Shown one piece after another: positions 46,423 through 59,374 of a stretch of DNA of 64,000 bases. Source of the stretch: the human T2T-CHM13v2.0 reference genome, Homo sapiens. The DNA lies in NCBI RefSeq assembly GCF_009914755.1, contig NC_060932.1. One strand, written 5' to 3'. Under the pieces are notes generated by a model. The model saw nothing but the letters and a program-made list of their open reading frames with translations, was not told the DNA's origin and did not search any database. How positions within the stretch are numbered: the stretch's first letter is position 1; every line of letters begins with the position of its first letter. A program made the position numbers and the translations under genes.

Positions 46423-46626
46423 ATTTTGTACAACAGATGTTTTCCCCTCATCCTTGTCCATTTAACAGTTGTCCTCTATGATGAGTTACCTCATTCTATG
46501 TTCCCAGTAATTGCAGGCCAGGCAAACCAAGTGAGGTTGCTGAGCCATTGTAACCAACCTCTTTACCTCTCCACTGGCCTCCAGCAAGTAGCATTTCCCC
46601 TTAATCTCCTATTCCTCTCCCTGTAA

Positions 46627-46974
<348 letters not shown>

Positions 46975-47184
46975 CTCAATAGGTTTTTTAAAAACAAACT
47001 CATAAGTTATTTACTAAATACATAGACATAAGTCCAGAAGAAGGCACTGGGAAAAGGTATTGTCTGTGTAATACAAATTTGCAGTCCAGGGCAGTCCTCC
47101 TCAGGAAGCCATATTTGCAGCACTTCAAAGCAAAGACTTTGAGCCATGCAGGCTTCAGTTCCCATCCTGATCCCTCCATGCGTG

Positions 47185-47395
47185 AGCTGCACAACTCAGG
47201 AAAGACACCGTATCTCTGAACTTCACCTCCAGCCACTGGAAAATGGAGTGTAATAGCAGTAGTTACTTCTCATGATGTTTGTAAAGGTTAAATGCAATAG
47301 GTGCAACTATAGCTCTAAGTTCTGTGCCCATACACAGTAAAATGTTTGATAAGAATTTATGAAGTATACTAATAAATAATTATTTGTATTATTAT
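47185..47395 (+). mobile_element. MIR fragment
   Basis: TCTCTGAACTTCAC...GTAAAGGTTAAATG...CATACACAGTAAAATGTTTGATAA. Confidence 0.55.
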
Positions 47396-47530
47396 TATGT
47401 AAGAGGAAGAAAAAGCAGCAGCAATATAAAAATCAATCATCACTCTTGAAGTGGGGAGAATAAATTTTAAACTCCACCCCTTCAATAACAAACTGTGAGT
47501 AGGAAAAAAAAACTGCTTAAGAATTTGATC

Positions 47531-47755
47531 ACAGTCTGGGCAACATAGCAAGACTCTGCCTCTACAAAAAATTTAAAAATTAGCCAGGTGTGGTGGTGCT
47601 ACAGGTAGGTGGTCTGTAGTCCTACCTACTCAAGCGGCTAAAGTGGGAGGATCCCGTGAGCCCAGGAGTTCAAAGTTGCAGTGAGTCACGATCATGCCAC
47701 TGCACTCCAGCCTAGGTGACAGAGTGAGACTCTATATCCAAAGGGGAAAAAAAAT
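47531..47755 (+). mobile_element. AluJ, 5' truncated
   Basis: starts CAGTCTGGGCAACATAGCAAGAC; TSD AAGAATTTGAT. Confidence 0.9.
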
Positions 47756-47822
47756 GATCATCAAGAATTTGATTTTCTTTCTCCAAAAATCAAAGCTTTT
47801 ACCAGTTCTTCATATCACATTT

Positions 47823-48116
47823 CCACCACGCCCAGCTAATTTTTTTATTTTTATTTTATTTTAGTAGAGACGGTGTTTCACCATATTGGGCAGGCTGGTC
47901 TTGAACTCCTGGCCTCAGGAATTCAAGAACTCGGCATCCCAAAGTGCTGGGATTACAGGCATGAGCCACCACACCCGGCCTAATTTTTGTATTTTTAGTA
48001 GAGATGAGGTTTCACCATGTTGGCCAGGCTGGTCTCAAACTCCTGACCTCAAGTGATCTGCCTGCCTTGGACTTCCCAAGTGCTGGGATTACAGGCATGA
48101 GCCACCACACCCAGCC
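47823..48116 (-). mobile_element. two tandem AluS left arms, right arm almost absent
   Basis: TAATTTTT..TAGTAGAGA...GAGCCACCACACCC(G/A)GCC occurs twice (to 47980 and to 48116); no poly-T. Confidence 0.88.
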
Positions 48117-48700
48117 CCTACAACCTTCCTAACAGTCTGTTGTATGCATTGCCTTGTCGGTGGTGCATGAGGCAACGAGGAAGCAGGCACTGGGGCCGAT
48201 CTGGGGTCATGTGGGCAGGAAAAAGCCAGGAGCCAAAGGACAGGAGATTGGTGAGGAGAAAATGAAATAAAAGAGCTAATACGAATTATGAGTTAAAAAG
48301 GCAGGAGAGAATAGAAGCTCTAACAAGAATCCTAGAAAGTACTGGGGAGGGCACTTGACAGACAACATGTGACGAGATGAAAGCTTCAGTTACGCTGTTT
48401 GGAACAGATGTTAAAGAAAAATAGGAAGGCTGGAGGACTCGGGGATACTATGATTACAATTGTTAATTCACATATCTCCTGCTAACTTAAAATTTTATGC
48501 AACTGTTCACTTATATTTGGTCAGATCTAATTACAAAATGTTAGCTAAGAATCATCAGTTAGGAAGTTAAAATTTACAAGGATATTTTACTTAAAACCTG
48601 TGGACAAGGTGATTATTTGATCAAAACTCTTACATTTAAATAAGTGCAAAAGTACAAATCAGTAACTATTTTAAAATATCATATAATATATTAAAAGCAT

Positions 48701-48968
48701 GCCAGGCGTGGTGGCTCACACCTATAATCCCAGCACTTTGGGAGGCTGAAGCTGGAGGATCGCTTTAGCCCAGGAGTTTGGGGCAAGTCTCTACAAAATT
48801 CAAAAATTAGCCAGGTGTGGTGGTATTCACCTGTAGTCCCAGCTACTCAAGAGGCTGAGGCAGAAGGATCACTTGAGCCCAGGAATTCGAGGCAGTGAGC
48901 TGTGATCACGCCACCACACTCCAGCCTGGGCAATAGCAAGACCCTGCCTCAAAAAAATAAAATAAAAA
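48701..48968 (+). mobile_element. AluJ with internal deletions
   Basis: GGAGGATCGCTTTAGCCCAGGAG, GTGAGCTGTGATCACGCC. Confidence 0.88.
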
Positions 48969-48972
48969 CTAA

Positions 48973-49117
48973 TATGTGTATATATGTGTGTGTATATACA
49001 TGTATTTATGTGTGTGTGTGGGTGTGTATATATATATATATGTATATATATGTATATATATGTGTGTATATATATATATATATACACATATATATACATA
49101 TATAAAGAGAGAGAGAG
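48973..49117. repeat. compound (TA)n/(TG)n microsatellite plus (GA)n
   Basis: about 130 bp of mostly alternating purine-pyrimidine, then GAGAGAGAGAGA. Confidence 0.95.
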
Positions 49118-49992
49118 AAAAAGCAAAATTGATGAAAATTGATGTAGGAATCAGCCTAAGTCAATGCAAATTTCACTTTTGCTGCTTTGTGTGAGTTGGA
49201 AAACTCATTTAAGCTGGGGAACTTCCATGAGTCTTATCTGTCAGTGAGGACAAGGAAGCCCTGGTCTGTCAGGCTGGACATACACAACCCTCATACCTGA
49301 CCCCACCATTCATTCATTAGTGGGCTCCCTCCATTATTGAAGCTGCCATCTCTCCAGCCCTCTTGGATTTTTTTGGACTCTCCAAAATCCTCTGTGGATT
49401 TTTTTTGACTTGAACATCCCTTAAGAGTCTGGGCCTGGCTCATTCATTCAGTTTCTGCAGCTCCTTCACTCCACCCCTCCCCACTGCCTTGGACGTGGAC
49501 TTCCTGCTGCAGACACCATTCCTGCCACGGCACCTGCTCGTGCCCAAGAAGCCCAGCCTCAGGAAGTAGACAAGATTTTGACAATAACACCCACCACTAG
49601 GTTCCCATGATAATCAAATGAAATCATGTCTACAGAAGTTTTGTATAAAAATAAGGCTTTAGAACATGATTTTGTATTAGTCGTCACAAAAAGATGCCTA
49701 AATACCCCATGTTTTATATTAAGTCCTTCCAGCTTGGATTTAAATATATATATGCTAATCTACATAGTGTGCTTTCAGTTGCTATTTCTCTTGTGATGAC
49801 ATTCTCAACAGAATCCTCCTTAACTAAGATTTTAGCACCTTAGTCCAGGACATAAGTTCTACTAGATGGTTCCAGGTGCCAAGTCATTTGGTAGCTGTAA
49901 CTGAGCAACCCATCATCCCTGAGGTTTGTGTAAAGTTGATGTACTGGGGTATTCTAAGTAAGAAACAGAATTTTGCCAATCATTGAAAGTTA

Positions 49993-50293
<301 letters not shown>

Positions 50294-50393
50294 GGTTAAA
50301 ATTATTTTAAAATTGTCAAGACATTTAGTATTAAATTCATTACTGGATAAAGAAATAGTCAACATAGCATTTGTAGAGGGCAATTGCGAGCAC

Positions 50394-50749
50394 TTTCCGG
50401 GAAACTAAGTCTATTCTCACAGACTCTGGTTAGCCGGTTTCATTAAGGCTGTCTTTCCTACCCAAACACTGTCCCGTCCGTCAGTTACAGTCACTGGCTG
50501 ACTCAGCCGCAAAAGCTCCCTGTCATTTCTGGACAGGATTCCGACAGCTTCCAGAGCATCAATTCTGTCACTAACACTTATTTCTCTCCAACCTACATAA
50601 GATTGTATTAACTTAACCAGGCTAGAGACCTTCTTGTTCTGTTAAGATCAACCTTTAGGCCAGACTGTCCTCGCTCTGAGTTTTTCTGCAGGGTCCACTT
50701 CAAGGTCTCTCCTTCCTGCTCCCTCTCAGCTGCCTCAGTCAGTGACTCA
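50394..50749. promoter_or_regulatory. candidate enhancer: STAT GAS + MARE/ARE + AP-1
   Basis: TTTCCGGGAAA 50394-50404; GGCTGACTCAGCC 50496-50508; TGACTCA 50743-50749; locally retained CpGs in unique DNA. Confidence 0.5.
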
Positions 50750-51229
50750 GTTCATGGTAGTCACGCTCGAGAACACACAAAAAAATGTTTCCCTCGGTTA
50801 ACACTCCATTAGCTTTGGAGGTGAATTACTTTAGAGGTGGGCTTCTGCTAAATTATAACTGGCACATTCAGGTCAATTTCCCCTCCTCTATCTATTCTGA
50901 CATATTTCTCTCTGGGGCAGTAAGAACTGCCACTTCTCTCCCAGAACCACCCGCTTTGCTTCTGCACAGGTGGTGCCCAGGTGCCGGAGCTGCCCAGGTG
51001 GGGGAGCATTCCAAACTATCTCCCTTGAAGAACACTCATACTTCCAAGTGTCCCTCATGTATGTCATGAAAACTCACACAACACTGAAGATGCATCATGG
51101 TTATTTTCCACACAGAGGATACCCCAGGACCTTTTGCTGATTTCTGTAGAAATAACACAATATGCGTTAATGTTTGCTAATAATAATTAAGCTCAGTGAA
51201 CGAGTCCATGTAGGATATCATGTAAAATT

Positions 51230-51560
51230 GACTGGACTTGGAAACTAACTGGAAATGGAGATGAGAGAGGTTTTACAAAAGGTTGAGTAGAGTGAGGAGG
51301 CGGGTGGTGAAGCCTTTACATGAAAATGGAATTTCAGGAGTGGGAGCAGGGTGGGAGAGGGATTGAAAGGTGGAGGAGCAGGGGAATAGCAGGGAATAAA
51401 ATTGATTTTAGATATGTTGTGTTTGAGATACCTACAAAATGAGAATTGAGAACTGAAATGTAAAAGAAAGGTAGAGGCTGGAGAAACTGATTTGAGAATG
51501 ATCATCATAAGAGATTATTCCTGAAGCCAGGGAAGTAGTTGAGAATTGCAGAAAAAAGAA
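51230..51560 (-). mobile_element. L2 fragment
   Basis: GATTTTAGATATGTTGTGTTTGAGATACCT...GGCTGGAGAAACTGATTTGAGAATGATCATCATAAG. Confidence 0.65.
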
Positions 51561-52327
51561 GACAGAGGAAGAAAAGAGAAAGCTAATCTGTAAGACATGT
51601 TGCCATGCTTCTTTTGTCTGTCCCCTTTTGGGCACAAGTCTATTTATGGAAGAATGAGTAAGTGTTGTGACTAGAGAGAGCTTAGGATGGATGGAGAGAC
51701 AGAGCACAGTACAAGAACAAGACTGAGGAGGACACATTTCAGTTAAGAAAGTCCTTATTTTCTCAGCTTTATCATTAGAAGTTAAGCCATTCTCTTAACA
51801 CCAACCAGGAATTCAGTAGTAAATTAATTCCCAGAATATGAATCAGTCAGCACAGCAATTGTGGAGAGAAATTGCAAGCACTTTATGCTAAGTCTACTCT
51901 CATACCCAGTAAAATACACAAGTCCTGCTAAAACTGTCTGCATCACCCATGCCCCCACAAACTTATTTATTCACACTGGACAAGGAAGCTTAGTAATCTA
52001 CTAGACAGATCCAGAAAACAAAACTCTACTCTATCTGTGGTTAGACAATAAAAACCCAATTTATTTTTTTTCTACAAGATCTCAGAAAAGTCCACCTAAA
52101 ATTTTGCATGCGAGCATTGATTTGTTCAATCACAATCATTATTTTCCCCATGATAACAAAATCTAGATTGGAAATGTTAACTTTCACTTTAAAGTTATTC
52201 AACTGTACTCGATACTAGCGCCAAGGAACGTGGTTTCTACCTGCTATTATATCAATCATACTGTAAATTTCTAGAATTATAACAGTCTTGTGTCTAGGTT
52301 AAGTCTGTACTAGTATTGCCCAATAAA

Positions 52328-52360
52328 AAACACAGATTACTGGTTCAGTAATCTGTGTTT
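52328..52360. repeat. perfect inverted repeat, 15-bp arms, 3-nt loop
   Basis: AAACACAGATTACTG GTT CAGTAATCTGTGTTT. Confidence 0.97.
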
Positions 52361-52478
52361 CATCTCACTGGACACTCAAGGTTCTCCCACATGGGACTTT
52401 TTACCAAGCCCTACAACAATTCGGTAGAGTCTCACTGAAAGTTGCTATTCTGTGCATCTCCTTTTGTTAACATGACTA

Positions 52479-52835
<357 letters not shown>

Positions 52836-52914
52836 CTATTGTTTTTCTTGCCCTCCTCTCTGCTTCATCTTCTCTCTCCTTGAATCTGACCCATTCACAC
52901 TCCCAGATTTTCTT

Positions 52915-53351
52915 ATTGGGCTGGTTTGTTATTAATAGTTTCAGGCTCAGCTGTTTAGCATAGAGACTCCTAAACACAACTCTTTTTTTTTTTCTCTCTC
53001 TCTCTCTCACCCAACCTGATGATGGACAGTCCTGAGAGTCAGCAGCTCTGCTCCCTGAGATCATGCAGGGACCCACATTCTTTCTACCTTCTTGTCCCCA
53101 CTGTATCCAAAAGTTGCTGTTTACACACCCATTTTCAAAGCTAGCTAACCACCACCATGGCCTGCAAAAGGAGGAAGGAGAAAGTGGAGGTAGCACGTTT
53201 CACTTCTGCTCACCCCCCACTGGCCAGAGGTTGGGAAATATAGTCCCTAGCCGGACAGCCTGTGCTCACTGAAATTAAGAGGTATATAGGGGTTTTTTAA
53301 CTGAAGAAGGAGGGAACGGACTTTGCAGGACAATGAGCAGTCTCTACAACA
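52915..53351 (-). mobile_element. MLT1J-like MaLR LTR
   Basis: TTTCACTTCTGCTCAC..CCACTGGCCAGA, GGTTGGGAAATATAGTC, end GAGCAGTCTCTACAACA. Confidence 0.65.
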
Positions 53352-53387
53352 GCTAGTTCAGATTTAGGCTTAGAAATGCCAGGCTCA

Positions 53388-53816
53388 GCTGGGCACGGTG
53401 GCTCACACCTATAATCCCAGCACTTTAGGAGGCCAAGGCAGGTGGATCGCTTGAGCCCAGGAATTCGACACCAGCCTGGGCAACATGGCGAAACCCCATC
53501 TCTACAAAAAATACAAAACTTATCTGGGCACGGTGATGCACACCTGTAGCCCCAAGTGAGAATCTCACCTCAGCCCCCTGACCCCCGAGAACAGGGGCCC
53601 GAATACAGAGGACGGGGGTCCAAGTACAGGGGTCAGCAGGCCAAATACAGAGGTCAAGGGGCCGAGTACAGGGTTCAGGGGGCCAAGTACAGCGGTCAGG
53701 GGGCTGAGGTGCAAGGATCACTTGAGCCCAGGAGGCAGAGGTAAGCTAAGACTGCACCACTGCACTCCAGCCTGGGTGACAGAGTGAGAACCTGTCTCAA
53801 AAAAAAAAAAAAGAAA
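53388..53816 (+). mobile_element. AluJb with about 140-bp internal insertion
   Basis: TSD AAATGCCAGGCTCA; right arm interrupted after CCTGTAGCCCC. Confidence 0.92.
53586..53704 (+). repeat. 21-bp G-rich minisatellite, 5 full units plus 1 partial
   Basis: consensus CRARTACAGRGGTCAGGGGGC; units start at 53600, 53621, 53642, 53663, 53684. Confidence 0.92.
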
Positions 53817-53899
53817 ATGCCAGGCTCACCCCGTCAGATCACAAAGACATAGACATTTTTCATATTAGATCTTTGAGAAGGCTCAGCTATGGGTGCAGT

Positions 53900-54125
53900 A
53901 TTAATCATGTCTCCAGGAAAGATATTATGTCTCAGGTATTGTGCCAAATACTTTATATACATGAACTCATATAACCCTCACAGCAAACATGGGATGTGGA
54001 TACCCTCACAGCAAACATGGGATGTGGATACCACCATTCTCATTTTAGACATAAGAAAAGATGTATTTAGAGTAGTAAGGCAATTTTTCCAAGCTCAGAC
54101 AGCTAAGTGGCAGCAACACGGGACA
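53900..54125 (-). mobile_element. MIR with internal 28-bp perfect tandem duplication
   Basis: ATTCTCATTTTAGACATAAGAAA reverse MIR core; ACCCTCACAGCAAACATGGGATGTGGAT x2 at 53974-54029. Confidence 0.75.
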
Positions 54126-54697
54126 GGGTAGAGGGAGGTGGTAGATTTGAAATAAACTAGACAATTGGGCAAAGCTTAAAGCTAATGGGAATGGGATTGA
54201 AAGTCAGGCCTCCATGAGGTACTAGAGTGTGGACCAGGAACCAAGGACAATGGCAGAAGGCCATTCAGCTTGGATGACCCATGATGCCAGGATTAAATAA
54301 ATAAGCCCTGGCCTGATTCTCACTAAGACACTGAGCAAGGGATGTGCTTACCCAGGGGCCCACCAAACCCTGAATCTAGTAGTAACTCACCTCTTCTGCC
54401 CCAGCTCACTGGGTGGGGAAACTCCTGCATGGTGCTATAATCAATTTCCACGTTTCAGGACCAGGAAGGGACTCTGCCCCTATTCAGTCATTCAGCACAT
54501 GTACTGGGTGCCATCCTTTGATCAGACCTTGGGAATATAGAGGTAAACAAGAACAAAATCATGCCTTCTCTCACAGAATGCATGGAAGAGAAAGTAGACA
54601 CTAGATATTGTGCTCACAATAATGGGTAGCAAATGTTGTGGTAGGGAAAGTGCCGGGCGATGGCCTTCCTGATGTGAAGAGAGAGGTGCCCTCCAAC

Positions 54698-54888
54698 AGG
54701 AGGGAGGAGCCCATTCACAACCAGGAGAGAGGGATCCTTTCACAACCAGCAGGGAGAAGCCCATTCATAGCCAGAGGGGTCCATTCACAACCAGGAGGGA
54801 GGGGCACTTCATCAGGAGGGAGGGGCCCATTTATAACAAGGAGGGAAAGGCCCATTCACAACCAGGAGGGAAAGTCCATTCTTTCCAG
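54698..54888 (+). repeat. 25-bp minisatellite, about 8 degenerate units
   Basis: consensus AGGAGGGAGGGGCCCATTCACAACC. Confidence 0.9.
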
Positions 54889-55385
54889 AGAACTAAAGGA
54901 TAATGGTTTAAGCAAGTGGCCAGGAAGACTGTGAAGACTGACAACAAGGATGAGCTGAGACAATAACCAGAGAAGTATTCTGTGTAGACCACAGAACACA
55001 AGTACTGCTGCTTTAAGCCACTGTTCTATGGTTGCAAAAAGAAGATGGCATAAGAGTTTTTAAAAGGACCCAATAATCAAATTATTGTACCACTGACTTT
55101 CTTCTTGAAACCTCATTTCCAAGATCCTGACTCTGATTTATTTTAATTTGATCTTTTATCAAGGACTATCTTTTTCTGGTGACCCTTACCTCCCTGGTAT
55201 TGATGCTTTCATTTAATCCCTTCAGCTTCACTGATCTGATTCCTTTCCCCTACCACTTTTTCCTGGGGCAACCAGTGCTTATGACAGACAACATCCTCTA
55301 AGCAAACAGTTGCTACAAAATGTTAGTGGCAATCACTACTGCTAATGAAAGTAAACTACAAGAATATTTGTATCATCGATATAAC

Positions 55386-56238
55386 TGTCAGAGGCGTTCG
55401 AACAAGAGCAACTCCATCTTGAATATGGGCTGGGTAAATTAAGGCTGAGACCTACTGGGCTACATTCCCAGAGGGTTAAACATCCTAAGTCACAGGATAA
55501 GGTAGGAGGTCGGCACAAGATACAGGTCATGAAGACCTTCTGATAAAACAGGTTGCAGTAAAGAAGCTGGCCAAAACCCACCAAAACCAAGATGGCAATG
55601 AGAGTGACCTCTGCTCTCCTCACTGCTGCATACTCCCACTAGCGCCATGACAGTTTACAAATGCCATGGCAACAACAAGAAGTCACCCTATATGACCTAA
55701 AAAGGGAGGCATAAGTAATCCACCCCTTGTTTAACATATAATAAAGAAATAACCATAAAAATGGGCAACCTGGGCCAGGCACGGTGGCTCACACCTGTAA
55801 TCTCAGCAGGTTGGGAGGCTGAGGCAGGCAGATCACCTGAGGTCAGGAGTTTCAGACCAGCCTGGCCAACACAGTGAAACCCCATCTCTACTAAAAATAC
55901 AAAAATTAGCCAGGCGTGGTGGTGGGCGCCTGTAATCCCAGCTACTCAGGAGGGTGAGGCAGGAGAATCACTTGAACCTGGGAGGCGAAGGTTGCAGTGA
56001 GCCAAGATCGCACCACTGAACTCCAGCCCAGGCGACAGTGTGAGACTCCATTTCAAAAAAAAAAAAAATGGGCAACCTGCAGCACCCAAGCTGCTCTGCC
56101 TATGAAGTACCCATTCTTTTATTCCTTTACTTTCTTAATAAACTTACTTTCACTTTATGGACTTGCCTCAAATTCTTTCTTGCATGAGATCCAAGAACCC
56201 TCTCCTGGGGTCTGGACTAGCACCTTTTCCCAGTAACA
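55386..56238 (+). mobile_element. MER41A ERV1 solo LTR split by Alu
   Basis: TGTCAGAGGCGTTCGAAC...GCAACTCCATCTTGAAT start; AATAAA; end CCCAGTAACA; TSD (T/C)AAC. Confidence 0.9.
55773..56068 (+). mobile_element. AluSx-like inside MER41
   Basis: perfect TSD AAAAATGGGCAACCTG. Confidence 0.95.
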
Positions 56239-56373
56239 CAACTATAGCACTCCTTGAACACTTTCAATTTAAAGTATAATTCCCACGTTCTTAAGATCAG
56301 AAACATACACTATTGTAAAGGAGAATTAAGTGACATAATGAACAGTGTTGGTGTCATTACCCACACGAGCTAA

Positions 56374-56753
<380 letters not shown>

Positions 56754-56874
56754 TCATTATTGACTAGGTCCAGAATTAACTCAGTTCAAAGAGCAATGAC
56801 AGAACAAAAAACCCCTTGGCAAAAAGTAAAAAACAGCAAAAAATTTAAGAAGCAGTGTTTGCAACTTCGGAGGG

Positions 56875-57282
56875 TGCTAACATGTGAATATTTGTCACCT
56901 CCAAAAACTCATGTTAAAATTTAATCTCCAATTGGCAGTATTATCAGGTTGGGCCTTTAAGAGGTAACTGAGCCATGAGGGGTCTGCTGTCATGAATGGA
57001 CTTGTCCATTCATGGATTAATGGGCATCATGGGAGTAGGACTGGTGGCTTTATAGGAAGAAGAAGAGAGACGAGAACCAGCACTCTCAGCCCCTCACCGT
57101 GCGATGCTCTGCACCACCTTGAGACTCTGCACAGAATCCCCACCAGCAGAAAGCCCTCACCAGATGTAGCCCCTTGACCTTGGATTTCTCAGCCTCCGTA
57201 ATACAAGAAATAAATTTCTTTAATTTGTAATTTACCCAGTCTCGGGTATTCTGTTATAAGCAACAGAAAATGGGCTAAAACA
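56875..57282 (+). mobile_element. MSTB-like MaLR solo LTR
   Basis: TG..GAATATTTGTCACCTCCAAAACTCATGTT...AATAAATTTC...GTATTCTGTTATAAGCAACAGAAAATGGGCTAAAACA. Confidence 0.88.
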
Positions 57283-57349
57283 GAGAAGTAAGTTCTCCAT
57301 TTTGGGGTACTTTATACCTCGGACTGTGTTGCTGTATACACCACAAATA

Positions 57350-57720
57350 CTTCATCCCACAAGTACTTATTGAACACCTACTACATACCACACCATCTGA
57401 TGGGTACTGAAAATGACACAGTAACAAATGCAGTTCTTGCCGTGTGGACAGGTAGACATTCAAATAAATCTATCATCATAAACTGTGATAAAGGCTATGG
57501 AGGAAAGTTAAAGAGTTTGATGAACAGTTTGAAATGACAGTAATTTAGATTAAGAAGCCAGGGAAAGCATCTATGGAGAAAACATTGAAGCCCAAAATAA
57601 ATAGGAACAGGTCAACAAAGTGACAGGAAGTGAGAATGGCGAAGAGCGTTGAACACAGATGAACACAGAATTAGACGACCTGGGCTCCCGCAGAGGGAAG
57701 CAAGGCTCCTGTGTTCTGCA
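57350..57720 (-). mobile_element. L2 3' fragment
   Basis: CAAGTACTTATTGAACACCTACTA...CTGTGATAAAGGCTATGGAGGAAA...CAGGGAAAGCATCTATGGAG. Confidence 0.65.
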
Positions 57721-57777
57721 GCACCTTCGCTCCCTGGGCTGCAGCAACCCAAGAGGGCTATAAAAGATCCTTTTCTA

Positions 57778-58331
<554 letters not shown>

Positions 58332-58846
58332 TTACAAACAATTTGAATTCTGACTGTGAGGTTGTCATTAAGTCAATCCTTGAACTCTCAGGTAGAATTA
58401 ATCATTAGATATTCTGAGTTCCCATAATGTTTTGACTGCATTTTTCTGTCTCACTGCTGCTGTATTATAATTACATCTTTACACATTTTTCTCCATTTTA
58501 GCTCTTGAGGTTACAGAGCATAGAAATATGTTACTTCTATTTATACTCCTGGAGTCTAGCACACTGCCTGGAAAAGAGTAGCTACTCTATAAATGTAAAA
58601 TAAATAAATGCTTGAAAAAACGAATCAATTCATCAATCAGTTGTTAGGCTCTATAGAATTTTTTTTTATAATTCGAGTTGATATAGGTTTACATACATTA
58701 TGTATTTTTATGTGAAAGTGTCTAAAGATAATAGTTTAATAAGAAATAGCTTCTTTATTGAATGTTTCTCAAAATCTTAATGAAAGAAAAGAAAATGGAA
58801 AAATATGCTGACCCAACCATTGGGTATGCTACTAGTTATTTTCTTA

Positions 58847-59374
<528 letters not shown>

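Noticed and set aside
51845-51902. miR-17/miR-302-type microRNA (AAAGTGCTT on the minus strand) in the duplicated block
   Set aside because: Only a 6-bp stem (GCAATT/AATTGC); no pre-miRNA hairpin and no match to a mature sequence beyond the seed
53556-53744. ORF with 7-aa repeat (KYRGQGA) as a protein
   Set aside because: A by-product of the 21-bp unit; GTG start, embedded in an Alu
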